A stretch of DNA of 63,963 nt, counting the filler, from Myxococcota bacterium (GTDB lineage: Bacteria > Myxococcota > Myxococcia > Myxococcales > Myxococcaceae), in NCBI GenBank assembly GCA_049322255.1. It is 8 parts of 8 records of this genome, joined end to end, with 100 filler letters (N's around TTAATTAATTAA, not from the genome) between each part and the next. Parts side by side here need not be neighbours in the genome. Positions count along the whole stretch, not along the records: positions 8,828 to 17,483 come from JBMORE010000140.1; positions 17,584 to 26,167 come from JBMORE010000141.1; 6 more parts are not named here. The stretch is one strand, 5' to 3'. This document shows, piece after piece, positions 9,045-18,712 of this stretch; the first letter of the stretch is position 1; each line of letters starts with the position of its first letter. The position numbers and the translations under genes were made by a program. The notes beneath the pieces were generated by a model, which saw only the letters and a program-made list of their open reading frames with translations, made no database searches and was not told the DNA's origin.

Positions 9045-10946
9045 TCAAGGACGGTGGCGGAGAATGTTGCCGTCTTGTCCCACGACCCATACCTCACCTG
9101 TGCTCGTCCCCCCCACACCGCCGAGGTCCTGCGCAGTGTGGGTGGCTTGGCGGGTCCACGAGGCTCCGTCGTAGCGGAGAACCACTCCGTCTTCTCCGCT
9201 CGCCCATACCTCGGCGGGGCCGCGCACGAAGACGCCGGTGAGGTCGCTCGAGACGCCGGTGGGCATCGCCGTCCAGAGGCTGCCGTCGAAGCGCAGCGCA
9301 AGGCCGGTGGCACCCACGGCCCAGAGCTCCGAAGGGCCGGTGCCGTGGAGCGCGAAGAGCGACGCGCTCGTCCCGAGGCTCGCCGCCGTCCATTGGGCCC
9401 CATCCCAGTGAACGGCCGCGCCGAGAAGCCCCACCGCCCACACGTCGTTGGCCGAGCTACCCCACACGGCTCGCAGCCCCGCGGCGCCTGGCACCTGCAC
9501 CGCCGACCAGCGCGCACCGTCCCAGCGGAAAAGGCCGGCCTGTCCGACCACGAACGCGTTCGATCGGTCGATGCCGAAGACACCGGTAAGAGCATCCTGA
9601 ATCCCCGTTTCCACTTTGGTCCACGCCGCTCCGTCGAAGCGCAGGGCTTGGCCGCCCTCTCCCACGGCCCACCCGTCGTTGGCTGAAAGCCACATCGCCT
9701 GCACGGGACGGAGCGCGCCTGGTGCGAGGCCCCGCCAGCGCCCGGCCTCGAGGTGCAAGAGTTGACCGGCGCCCTGCGCGTCTTCACCAGCGGCCCAGAT
9801 GTCGTTGCCGCGCGCCGCCACCGCCCGGAGATGCCCGGAGGTGGCCGAGCCCGCCGACCAACCCGGCCCACCGAGTCGAAGCAGCGCGCCCTCGTCGCCC
9901 GCCGCCCAGCCGTCGCCTCGACTACCGCTCCACGCCGCGTGAAGCGCTGAAGTCGTCGCCGAGGCGGTTTGGCTCCACGCGTTTCCGTCCCACCGGAGCA
10001 CGGCGCCGCCGGTGCCCACCGCCCACACGTCATCACCGGCGGTGCCGAACAGGGAGCGAACGCCAGCGGCGAGGGCCCTGACGGTCCATGCGCTGCCGTC
10101 GAAGTGCGCCGCTCCCACGTCGCCGGCCACCCACACGTCGGAAGGCCCGCTGCCCCACAGGGCCCGCAGCTGCGCGGAGGAAAGCTCCGGGGGCAGGCTC
10201 GCCGCGCTCCAGCGCACCCCGTCATAGTGGAGCAACGTGCCCAAGTCCCCCGCTGCCCAGACGTCGGAGGCTGCGCTGCCCCACAGCGCGCGCAAAGTGT
10301 TCGGCGTGCCGCTGTCTTCTTCTTGCCACGTGTTTCCCTTCAGCCGCAGAAGAGCGCCTCCCTCGCCCGCCACCCAGGCATCGGAGCTCGAGGCGGCCCA
10401 AAGCGCGTGCCACGAGAACGGCTCGCCGACCCGCGGATGGTCGTCGAGGGCCCAAGCGCTGCCGTTCCAACGCGCGATGGTGGCCTCGTCGCCCGCGGCC
10501 CAGGCGTTTCGGCTGCTGCCGGCCAACGCGCGAAGGGTGGCGTGGGTGGGGCTGGCGGCGGCGGTCCACGTCGAGCCATTCCATCGCAGAAGCGCGCCCC
10601 CTTCGCCCGCTGCCCACACGTCGGAGGGGCCGCTGCCCCACAAGGCGCGTAGCCGCGTGCCCAAGGGGAAGGGGTTGTCCCAGCACCAGCCATCGGTGGT
10701 GCACATGCCGGGTTGGGTGGAGGGGGTGCAGCGGTTGCTGTTGCCGCAGACCTCGCCCACGCCGCAGCTTCCGCAGGGAAGCACCCACCCGCAGCCGCTG
10801 GGGAGGGTGCCGCAAGTCGACCCGCTGGCCTCGCACGTGGTCGGGGTGCAAGGAGGAGGGGGCTGCGTGCCGCGGGGACAACCAGCGAAAAGCAGCGCCG
10901 TTCCCCACGCGAGCGCGCGCAGTCGTCGATTAGGGTTTTCGACCAT
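9045..10946 (-). CDS. Lipoprotein with Cys-rich linker and 14 WGS..DVWAVG beta-propeller repeats
   Basis: Lipobox LFAGC; CTPTTC..CG..GCG..CG.C..C linker; 14 counted repeats of about 40 aa. Confidence 0.85.
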   Translation of the reverse strand: MVENPNRRLRALAWGTALLFAGCPRGTQPPPPCTPTTCEASGSTCGTLPSGCGWVLPCGSCGVGEVCGNSNRCTPSTQPGMCTTDGWCWDNPFPLGTRLRALWGSGPSDVWAAGEGGALLRWNGSTWTAAASPTHATLRALAGSSRNAWAAGDEATIARWNGSAWALDDHPRVGEPFSWHALWAASSSDAWVAGEGGALLRLKGNTWQEEDSGTPNTLRALWGSAASDVWAAGDLGTLLHYDGVRWSAASLPPELSSAQLRALWGSGPSDVWVAGDVGAAHFDGSAWTVRALAAGVRSLFGTAGDDVWAVGTGGAVLRWDGNAWSQTASATTSALHAAWSGSRGDGWAAGDEGALLRLGGPGWSAGSATSGHLRAVAARGNDIWAAGEDAQGAGQLLHLEAGRWRGLAPGALRPVQAMWLSANDGWAVGEGGQALRFDGAAWTKVETGIQDALTGVFGIDRSNAFVVGQAGLFRWDGARWSAVQVPGAAGLRAVWGSSANDVWAVGLLGAAVHWDGAQWTAASLGTSASLFALHGTGPSELWAVGATGLALRFDGSLWTAMPTGVSSDLTGVFVRGPAEVWASGEDGVVLRYDGASWTRQATHTAQDLGGVGGTSTGEVWVVGQDGNILRHRP

Positions 10947-12399
10947 CCTGGTGGCACCCCGACATCACACAGGTGAGCGGGTTGTATTGATAACCCGGGC
11001 GGTTTTGATGCTTGTTGTCCATGCTCGTCTTCGAGTGGCACGCCGAGCAAGAAATGAGCGTGCGGTTGAAGTTGGCGGCGAAGGGCTTGTCGGTGCGCAG
11101 CGCAGGGTGGCAGGAGAAGCAGGAGCGCCGGTAGTGCTTGGTGCCGGAGCGAATGTTGAACGGCAGGTGTGAGTTGACCAAGTGCACCTGCGAGTCCGCG
11201 TGGCAGCGAATGCACAACGGTGAGGTGTATTGGTAGCCACCAACGGGCGTGTGCTTGGCGCTCATGGTGTTCGAGGGGTGACAGGTGCCGGCGCAGGTGA
11301 CTTGTTTGCGGTCGCCCGGCACCGTGTGGCAGGTGGCGCAGGAGATGTTGGCGTGGGTATTCCCGGCGGCGATGGGAAAGTAGCGCGAGTGGTCGACGAG
11401 CCCCTCCACGTTCGCTCGTGGATGGCAGGCAAAGCAGCTGGAACTGACGTAGGCGTAGCCGGTCACTCCGGCATGGTTGGCGTCGGTGGTCGGCTTTTCG
11501 TGCGTGTGACAGCTGATGCAGTCAATGGCTTGGCGGTTGCCCGGTACCGGGTGGCAGGTGGCGCAGGAGATGTTGGCGTGCTTGCTCCCGGCGGCGATGG
11601 GGAAGAACGGCTCGTGGTTGACCAACCCGACGACGTTGGCTTGGGGGTGGCAGCCGTAGCAGCTCTGGCTCGCGTAGGCATAGTTGGGAATGCCGTTGTG
11701 GGTGAGGTCGGTCGCCGTCTTCTCGTGGGTGTGGCAGGAGATGCAGTCGAACACCTTGCGGTTGTTCGGGTCGACGTGGCAGGTCGCGCAGCCGATTCCT
11801 TGGTGCTTGGTGCCCGCGCCGATGGGGAAGAACGCGGTGTGGTCCACCCCGTTGAGGGGCACCGAGGAGTCGGGGTGGCAGGCGTAGCAGCGCGGGCTCG
11901 TCCAGCTGTAGTCGGGTACGGCGGCATGCCGCGGGGTGGTGGCGGCGTCGGTGTGGCACGACACGCAGTCGAAGTTCTTTCGATTGGTCGGGTCGAGGTG
12001 GCAGCTGGTGCAGGCGACGTTGGCGTGAATGGCCGTCGGCCCGATGGGGAAGAACCGCGTGTGGTCGAAGCCGAGCGCCTCGCCTCGCGGGTGGCACGCG
12101 TAGCACGTCTGTTCTCCGTACGTGTACTCGCTCACCACCCCCAGGTGAATCGGATCGACCGTTGGCTTCTGGTGAGCGTGGCAGTTGATGCAGCTGAACT
12201 GGATGAAGCTATCGAAGGCGCCGTGACAGGTATTGCACTCGATGCCCGCATGGGTGCCAGTGGCGATGGGGAAGTACGGCTCGTGGGTCAGCGGGGTGAC
12301 GGCGGTGACGGCGGGAGCGGTGTTGGCCCCGGGCGGTGCCGTGGAGCACGCGGCCACACAGGCGGCGGCCAGGGCTGACCAAATCGGCGATCGAGCCAT
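10930..12399 (-). CDS. Multiheme c-type cytochrome lipoprotein (16 CxxCH + CX3CH + CX4CH)
   Basis: ATG at 12399 after GGGGAG; signal MARSPIWSALAAACVAAC; six repeats of about 75 aa with three heme motifs each. Confidence 0.9.
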   Translation of the reverse strand: MARSPIWSALAAACVAACSTAPPGANTAPAVTAVTPLTHEPYFPIATGTHAGIECNTCHGAFDSFIQFSCINCHAHQKPTVDPIHLGVVSEYTYGEQTCYACHPRGEALGFDHTRFFPIGPTAIHANVACTSCHLDPTNRKNFDCVSCHTDAATTPRHAAVPDYSWTSPRCYACHPDSSVPLNGVDHTAFFPIGAGTKHQGIGCATCHVDPNNRKVFDCISCHTHEKTATDLTHNGIPNYAYASQSCYGCHPQANVVGLVNHEPFFPIAAGSKHANISCATCHPVPGNRQAIDCISCHTHEKPTTDANHAGVTGYAYVSSSCFACHPRANVEGLVDHSRYFPIAAGNTHANISCATCHTVPGDRKQVTCAGTCHPSNTMSAKHTPVGGYQYTSPLCIRCHADSQVHLVNSHLPFNIRSGTKHYRRSCFSCHPALRTDKPFAANFNRTLISCSACHSKTSMDNKHQNRPGYQYNPLTCVMSGCHQDGRKP

Positions 12400-12512
12400 C
12401 TGTCGACTCCCCACGTCCCCTTGGGTGGCCTGCAGTGTACTCCCTAGACCTCTTTCGTGGAGGGCCGGCCACAAAGGGGTGTGGGCGAAGGTGGGGGAAT
12501 GAGCGCGTCTCT

Positions 12513-13097
12513 TCAGGAGGGTCTTGCCAAAAAACGCCGCAGGTTTTTCTCGGCCCGCGCACTCTTCTCGTCGATGAGAAACCCCGCCGCGCGCACGTTG
12601 GCCTCGGTGTCGCGGTTGGGATGACACCCGCCGGCGACGGCCGTCCACGCGGGTTGGATGAAGTCCTGCCACTTCGCTCCCAGACGGGTGGTGGAGCGAA
12701 CGTGCTCGAGCATCCGCAGCTCGCCCGACGGGGCGAGCACTCGTTTGACCTCGGCGAGTCCCTTCAGAGGATTCGGCACGCTGCAGAACACCAGCCCGGA
12801 CACCACGGTGTCGAAGATTCCCGGCTTGAAGGGCAGGGCCTCGGCGCTGGCACGCACCAGAGGTATCCCCGGCGCGCGCTTCTTCGCCTTGAGCAACGTC
12901 TGATGGCACGGGTCAACACCCACGGAGTGCGTGTCGCGGGAAAAGAGCGGAAGGTTCCTCCCCGTCCCGCAGCCTAAGTCGAGCACCCAGCCGCGCGCGC
13001 CGCGCACCAACCACTCGCGCCAGGATTTGAGCCCGGTGGCTTCGCCCACGGCGAGGAGCGCATCGTAGAGCCAGGGGATTTGCTCCACTCCGCGCAT
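12513..13097 (-). CDS. Class I SAM-dependent methyltransferase
   Basis: VLDLGCGTG, AEALPF, FDTVV, LVFCSV, RVLAPSG, LEHV, GGCHPNRD. Confidence 0.9.
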   Translation of the reverse strand: MRGVEQIPWLYDALLAVGEATGLKSWREWLVRGARGWVLDLGCGTGRNLPLFSRDTHSVGVDPCHQTLLKAKKRAPGIPLVRASAEALPFKPGIFDTVVSGLVFCSVPNPLKGLAEVKRVLAPSGELRMLEHVRSTTRLGAKWQDFIQPAWTAVAGGCHPNRDTEANVRAAGFLIDEKSARAEKNLRRFLARPS

Positions 13098-13101
13098 CGC
13101 C

Positions 13102-14118
13102 TCACCGGGACCGCAACTGGCCCTTCACTCCCGGCAGGCTCTGCGGCGGCATCTTGGAGAAGAGGTACTGCACGGTGTCGAAGAGCGTCTCGTGGGGGTC
13201 GCGGGCCTGGAAGCCGAGCTCGGCTTCCGCCTTGGAGGCGTCGAGGTAGAAGTAGTGCTCGCCGATTTCGACTTCTTGCGGATCCAAGCGAGGAGTGGTG
13301 CCGCGGGCCTTCGCCACCCGCTCGAGCAGGTGGGCGCCCAGCACGTTGAGGGTCGAGGGCAGCTTCGCCTTGGGAGCGCTCACTCCCGTCAGCCGCTCGA
13401 GGCGCTCGAAGAATTCGCGCATCGGCATGTTCACGCCCATGAGGTGCCGGCCGTACAGCTCGCCCTGGGTGAGCGCATTCACGAAGGCGTCGGCCGCGTC
13501 GCGCACGTCGACGAAGGAGATGCCTCCGCTGGGCATCGCCGGAATGTCGCGGGCGAGGAACTTCGCCACCGTCCACGTGGAGGAGAGCCGGTCGTCGCCC
13601 GGCCCCAAGAGCAGGCTGGGGTTGAGCACCAGGAGGGGAATCGCGTGCTCCTGGCAGTACGCGAGGGCCAGCTTCTCCTCGTAGATTTTCGATAGGTAGT
13701 AGGGCCAGCGGCCGACCACGGTGAGAGGGTAGTCGTCGGCCTCGGTGCCCACGCGCTCCTCTTTGGAAACGGCGATGGTGCCTGAGGTGGAGGCAAGAAT
13801 GACGCGGGGCCGCGCTCCAGATTTCCGGAGGTCCTCCAGCAGCGCGCGGGTGCAGTCGACGTGCAGCTCGTACATCTTCCGCCCATCTTCGGGTCGGAAG
13901 GAGACCAGCCCGGCCAGGTGGTAAACCGCTTCGACGTCGGCGATCGCCTGTCGCACCGCAGCGCGGTCTTTCAAGTCTCCTGGCTGGTACTCGACGTTCT
14001 TGGGCAGCACGGTGGGCTTGCTGCGCGCCAAAAGCCGCACTTGGTGGCCCGCCGCGGCGAGCTTGGGCACCAGGTGCGCGCCTAAGAAGCCGGTGCCTCC
14101 GGTGACGAGAATCTTCAC
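13102..14118 (-). CDS. elbE: NAD-dependent epimerase/dehydratase (ElbE-like)
   Basis: ILVTGGTGFLG, YHLAG, YYLSK (YxxxK), FVDVRD; directly downstream of an ElbD-like gene as in myxobacterial elb clusters. The symbol rests on synteny. Confidence 0.75.
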   Translation of the reverse strand: MKILVTGGTGFLGAHLVPKLAAAGHQVRLLARSKPTVLPKNVEYQPGDLKDRAAVRQAIADVEAVYHLAGLVSFRPEDGRKMYELHVDCTRALLEDLRKSGARPRVILASTSGTIAVSKEERVGTEADDYPLTVVGRWPYYLSKIYEEKLALAYCQEHAIPLLVLNPSLLLGPGDDRLSSTWTVAKFLARDIPAMPSGGISFVDVRDAADAFVNALTQGELYGRHLMGVNMPMREFFERLERLTGVSAPKAKLPSTLNVLGAHLLERVAKARGTTPRLDPQEVEIGEHYFYLDASKAEAELGFQARDPHETLFDTVQYLFSKMPPQSLPGVKGQLRSR

Positions 14119-17100
14119 GGCTCACCTCGGCCGGAGCTCTTCCGTGGCAGGGGAGCGGTCTCGTCATTTTGCGCGGAGGCCTGGAGGTCGTAGATCTTGC
14201 CATCGCGCAACGAGCGCACCGCCTCTTCGGCGAGGTGGGTGACCAAGCGGTAGCTCTCGGAGCGTGCCAAGCCGGAAACACGCGCCTTCATGTCTGCATG
14301 CTCCAGCACCGGCCCGATGCGCACCTCGAGCTCTTTGTGCTTGGGGAGAATCGACCCCTTGGGCAAGGCGTCGTAGGTGCCCTTCAGGTACAGCGGTAAG
14401 ACGTCGACCCGGTAGCTCAAGGCGAGGTAGCCCAAGGTCGGCTTGAACTCGAGCAGCTCGCCAGTCACCGACCGGGTGCCTTCGGGGAAGATGAGCAAGT
14501 TGAAGCCCTGCTCGAGCGCTTCTCCCGCGAGCTTGAGCGATTCGCGCAGAGAGCCGTGCCGGTCCATGGGGATGAGGTTGGTGAAGTTTCCGAAGTAGGC
14601 GCGCTTGAGCGGGGTGTCGAAGAAGTAGTCGCGCGCCGCCAACGCGGTGAGCCGCTCGCCCTGGTCACCCAGCACCACCTTCACCAAGCCCATGTCGAGG
14701 TGGCTGGTGTGGTTGGCGACCACCAGGAAGTTGCGGTTCTGGGGGACGAAGCTCTTTCCCGTCACCTTGACGTCGAAGACGCCGCCGTACAGTACGCGCT
14801 GACCCGCGGCGAGGAGCGAGCGACCCAGGGAGGCCACCACCTCGGGGACGGGAAGCTCGACCTCTTCGGCGGCCTTCGCTTCTCGGGAGATTTCCTTTGC
14901 CTTCACCTCGCCCAAGGGGCGGCGGCCGGAGGAAGCAACGAGCTTGCGTAGGTCCTCGACGGTCTGCACCTGGGTGAGGTCCTCGACCGCGGTCACGGGC
15001 ACTCCCGCCTGCTCCAAGGCTACCGAGAGCTCGGTGAGCATCAGCGAGTCGAAGCCCAAATCACCCGCCAGCTTGGCATCGGCTCGCACCTCGGCCACCG
15101 GCCGCTGCACCACCTCGGCAATGAGCGGGTAGAGCCAGTCGGCCACCCCGCCGCTTCCCGCCACCGCGGCCTTGGCCTTCTCTCCCGAGGAGGCGACGCG
15201 CTCCAGCCGTCGCAGCTCCTCCACCACCAGCTTGCGCTTCACCTTGCGCGTGGAGGTGCGGGGCAGCTCGCCATCCCACAGGCGCAAGACCTTCACTCGC
15301 CGGTAGAAGGGCATCTCCGCCGAGACCTTCTTGAAGTGCTCCTCCAGCTCGCGGCGCACCTCCTCGCGCGGGCGATCTTTGTAGTCGGGCACGCACAGGC
15401 AGGCGACCCTCTCTCCGCGAGATCCAGACCGGCGCGCTGCGCCCACCACATCGGGGCCCCCTGGGGGGGCCTCGTCGGGCAGGCCGACGATGGAGAGCTC
15501 TTTGATGTGCGGGTGCTCGCCGTAGAGCGCTTCGAGCTCGTCGGGGAAGACGTTCTTGCCGTTGGCGTCGATGATCACGTCTTTCTTCCGGCCGACCAGA
15601 TAGAGGCGGCCCTCGCTGTCGAGGCGGCCCAAGTCGCCGGTGTACAGCCAACCGTCCTTGATCACCGCGTCGGTGGCTTCACGGTCTTCGAAGTACCCAG
15701 CCATCACGTTGGGGCCCTTGGCCACCACCTCGCCGATGCCGTCGGCGTCGACGTCGACCAGCTTGATTTCGATGCCGGGGAGCGCCCGCCCGACCGTGCC
15801 GGGCAGGCGTTTGTTGCTCACCTCGGCGACCGAGAGCACCGGGGCCGACTCGGTGAGCCCGTAGCCTTCGGTGATGTCGAAACCCAGCGCGTGGAAGGCC
15901 TTGTGCACCTCGTCGGGCAGCGCCGAGCCGCCGGAGACGAGGAACTTCATCTTCCCGCCCAGCTTCTTGTGCACCGGCCAGAACAGCAGCTTGCCCAGGT
16001 TGAGCGCGCTGCGGTTTCGCAGCTCGGCGTTGGCCGCCATCAGCGCCTTGATGCCTTGCTCCACCAGCGCCGGCTTGGCGGTGAGCTCCTGGGTGATTTT
16101 CCGGTGGAGCAGCTGCCACAGCGCCGGAACGCCAATCATCGCCGTCACCCGGCCGGTCTCGAAGACCTCCCCCAGCCGGTCGGAGGTGAGCTCGTCGATG
16201 TAGGTAATCTCCGCGCCTCGGGAGAAGGGCATCAAGAAGCCGCAGGAGAACTCGAAGGTATGGTGCAGCGGCAGGACGGACAAAAGCCCGTCGCCCACGC
16301 CGAGGTCGAAAGCGCCGGCGAGCTTGGCCACCAGCGAGGCGAAGTTGCGGTGGGTGAGCATCACCCCCTTGGGCTGCCCGGTGGTGCCGGAGGTGAAGAT
16401 GAGAGAGGCGACGTCGTCGGCCCCGGCCGACTTCTTCACCGGCCCGATGCGGTCGGGGTGGGCGTCGTCACCGGCCATCGCCTGCGCCAGCGAGTGCACC
16501 TGGGTGGCAAGACCTGCCTCGGTGAACGCCTTGAACAGCCCGGGCAAAGAGTGCGCCGATTCCTCGGAAAGGAGGCACACCGCGGCGCGCGAGCGCTTGG
16601 CGATGTTCACCACCTCGCCCTCGGAGAGAGTCGGGTCGACCGGCACCGCGGTGGCTCCCGCGCGCAAGATGCCGAAGTAGCTCGTGCCCCACTCGGGCCG
16701 ATTCTCGGAGACGAGGAGCACACTGTCGCCGCTCTTCACTCCGGCGCGCAAGAGAAAGCTGCCCACCCGAGCGGCGTAGCGATGCACTTCGCCAAAGGTG
16801 AAGCGCTCCTCCTTTTCGCCGCTGACCATGCGGAAGGCCACCCGGTGCCGGAAGGCGTGCACCGAAGCGTCGAACAGCTCGAGCAGGTCGCGGTGGGCGT
16901 GAATGACCTTGCGCCGCTCCGTCTCCTCCTCGAGGCCGGGGAACACCCACTTCTCCAGCCCGGGGAGGTGAACGTCGAGGAAGTAGGTACGCCAGTCGAT
17001 GCTTTCCGGGTCCCAAGGAATCTTCGCCTGGTCCTCGCTGGCCATGCGCGCGTACACCGCGCGGGTGTTGTCGCAGCGGAAGACGTAGCGATTCTCCCAG

Positions 17101-17483
17101 ATGAAGGGGAGGAACAGGTCGATGAGCGTGGAGAGCGAGCTTGCCTGTTCTTCGACATCGTCGAGCTTCTCGGTGGCGCGGGTGAGTAGCGCGCTCACCG
17201 TCGGGGCGCCCCAGGTGGGCTTGACGTCGTCGATGACTTGCTTGAGCAGCTTGGCGCCTTTGACGAAGAGGGGAGCCGAGCGGGTCTGGAAGGCGGTCTT
17301 GGTCACCGACTGTGGCTCGATGCGCGCGAGCAGCTCGTTCCAGAGCTTGTTGCCGCTGGTCTTGTTCCGGTAGTGGCGGCGGCGGTAGAGGCCCACCAGC
17401 TCCACCGAGCGGTTGGCGATGAAGGGGTTCACGTCGCCCGAGGCCATCTGGTACACGCGGCGCTCGTGGGTGGTGAGCGTGTG
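14115..17483 (-). CDS. elbD: ElbD-like multifunctional ether-lipid enzyme (reductase C-part, acyl-adenylation, ACP, acyltransferase); 5' truncated by contig end
   Basis: FTSGTTGQPKG, EGYGLTE, TGDLG (adenylation); DLGFDSL (ACP); ANHTSHLD and FPEGTRS (PlsC); N-terminal DNT..IDW..Y resembles the fatty acyl-CoA reductase C-domain. Confidence 0.85.
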   Translation of the reverse strand, partial: HTLTTHERRVYQMASGDVNPFIANRSVELVGLYRRRHYRNKTSGNKLWNELLARIEPQSVTKTAFQTRSAPLFVKGAKLLKQVIDDVKPTWGAPTVSALLTRATEKLDDVEEQASSLSTLIDLFLPFIWENRYVFRCDNTRAVYARMASEDQAKIPWDPESIDWRTYFLDVHLPGLEKWVFPGLEEETERRKVIHAHRDLLELFDASVHAFRHRVAFRMVSGEKEERFTFGEVHRYAARVGSFLLRAGVKSGDSVLLVSENRPEWGTSYFGILRAGATAVPVDPTLSEGEVVNIAKRSRAAVCLLSEESAHSLPGLFKAFTEAGLATQVHSLAQAMAGDDAHPDRIGPVKKSAGADDVASLIFTSGTTGQPKGVMLTHRNFASLVAKLAGAFDLGVGDGLLSVLPLHHTFEFSCGFLMPFSRGAEITYIDELTSDRLGEVFETGRVTAMIGVPALWQLLHRKITQELTAKPALVEQGIKALMAANAELRNRSALNLGKLLFWPVHKKLGGKMKFLVSGGSALPDEVHKAFHALGFDITEGYGLTESAPVLSVAEVSNKRLPGTVGRALPGIEIKLVDVDADGIGEVVAKGPNVMAGYFEDREATDAVIKDGWLYTGDLGRLDSEGRLYLVGRKKDVIIDANGKNVFPDELEALYGEHPHIKELSIVGLPDEAPPGGPDVVGAARRSGSRGERVACLCVPDYKDRPREEVRRELEEHFKKVSAEMPFYRRVKVLRLWDGELPRTSTRKVKRKLVVEELRRLERVASSGEKAKAAVAGSGGVADWLYPLIAEVVQRPVAEVRADAKLAGDLGFDSLMLTELSVALEQAGVPVTAVEDLTQVQTVEDLRKLVASSGRRPLGEVKAKEISREAKAAEEVELPVPEVVASLGRSLLAAGQRVLYGGVFDVKVTGKSFVPQNRNFLVVANHTSHLDMGLVKVVLGDQGERLTALAARDYFFDTPLKRAYFGNFTNLIPMDRHGSLRESLKLAGEALEQGFNLLIFPEGTRSVTGELLEFKPTLGYLALSYRVDVLPLYLKGTYDALPKGSILPKHKELEVRIGPVLEHADMKARVSGLARSESYRLVTHLAEEAVRSLRDGKIYDLQASAQNDETAPLPRKSSGRGEP

Positions 17484-17583
17484 NNNNNNNNNNNNNNNNN
17501 NNNNNNNNNNNNNNNNNNNNNNNNNNNTTAATTAATTAANNNNNNNNNNNNNNNNNNNNNNNNNNNNNNNNNNNNNNNNNNNN
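17484..17583. other. Artificial contig linker
   Basis: N/TTAATTAATTAA spacer. Confidence 0.99.
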
Positions 17584-17664
17584 CATCGCTCGACGGTACC
17601 TTGATGCGGTTGGACACAACTAGAACTTTTCAATGCCGATAATCTGGGGCACAAGGAGTCGTTC

Positions 17665-17976
17665 ATGAGCGCAGAGGAGAGTTTTCACAGGAGTTACGAG
17701 CGATTCCGCTGCCGGGCGGAGGCCGATGCGGGCGTCTTTCAAGGCGAGATTCGCTCGGTGTCGATGAACGGGGCCTTCTTGAGCGCCCGGCGGCCTGTGG
17801 CTTTGGGTAAGGAGCTTCGGCTGTCTTTTCGGTTGCCCGATGGCACGCCGGTGTCGGCGGTGGCGGAGGTGCGGCGGGTGACCAACGACGCCAACGCAGT
17901 GGGCCTGGGCATTCGCTTCGTGCGCATCAACCACGAAGCGCATCAGGCCATCTTGCGCTTCACCCGTCAGGGGTGA
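17665..17976 (+). CDS. Stand-alone PilZ-domain protein
   Basis: RSYER (RxxxR), SVSMNGAFL ([D/N]xSxxG variant), LSFRLP, AEVRRV, GLGIRF. Confidence 0.85.
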   Translation: MSAEESFHRSYERFRCRAEADAGVFQGEIRSVSMNGAFLSARRPVALGKELRLSFRLPDGTPVSAVAEVRRVTNDANAVGLGIRFVRINHEAHQAILRFTRQG

Positions 17977-18626
17977 GGCCCGAGGGCGTCGCCGGCCTGC
18001 CATAGCGCCCAGACGACTCCCCAAGACATCGCCAAGAGCGCCACGAACACAACGACCGAGAGCACGCCGACGCGGGCGAAGCCCTTTCTCCCGGTGGCCA
18101 GGCCCCACGTCCAGGCGAAGCCGAACAGCCCGTTGGCCAGGTGGTAAGCCACCCCGAGGGTACCGAGCAGATAGACCAGGAGCGTCGGCCCGTGGAAACG
18201 CATCGTGCGGGCGATGTCTTCGAACGGCTCTGGGCGGCCCTCGAGGAGGCGCGGCTGCAGCATCGCCAGCCACAGATGCGCGCCGAGGAAGAAAAGCACG
18301 CCCACCGCGGCCATGCGCTGCAGCAGGTACTTGAGGTTCTCGAAAAAAGGGTAGGCGAGGTTGTTGGGGCGAGCGGAAAGCACCCGCTGCACGCCCCACA
18401 CGGTGTGAAGGAAGAGCGGCCCCAGCACGAGGAACAAGGTGAGGGCGTGGGAGACCGGGTGCGCGTACTCGGTCACCGACCTCTCCCAGGCAGCCGCCCC
18501 GCGGAAGGCGGAGAGGTTGTCCCACAGGTGATTGACCGTCCACACGCCCAAAGGAACCAGGGAGAGAACGGAGCCCCAGCGGGCCCAGAGGAACGGCATG
18601 GTCGATTCCTTGGCTTCGTCGCTCAC
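17967..18626 (-). CDS. Succinate dehydrogenase cytochrome b558-like membrane protein (SdhC family)
   Basis: Five hydrophobic helices; NHLW, FLHT, LQRM, GAHLW, AYHLANG..WG pattern of b558-type SdhC. Confidence 0.75.
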   Translation of the reverse strand: MSDEAKESTMPFLWARWGSVLSLVPLGVWTVNHLWDNLSAFRGAAAWERSVTEYAHPVSHALTLFLVLGPLFLHTVWGVQRVLSARPNNLAYPFFENLKYLLQRMAAVGVLFFLGAHLWLAMLQPRLLEGRPEPFEDIARTMRFHGPTLLVYLLGTLGVAYHLANGLFGFAWTWGLATGRKGFARVGVLSVVVFVALLAMSWGVVWALWQAGDALGPHP

Positions 18627-18712
18627 GAAAAGCGGAAATAGACGAGCGGATGGCGCGCGCCAACGACTCTTCTTTCATCTGCCGCCTAGGCGACGGCGGC
18701 GACTTTCTTTCC

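Noticed and set aside
12400..12909. 170-aa N-terminal extension of the multiheme cytochrome ORF
   Set aside because: It overlaps the methyltransferase; the RBS and signal peptide begin at 12399.
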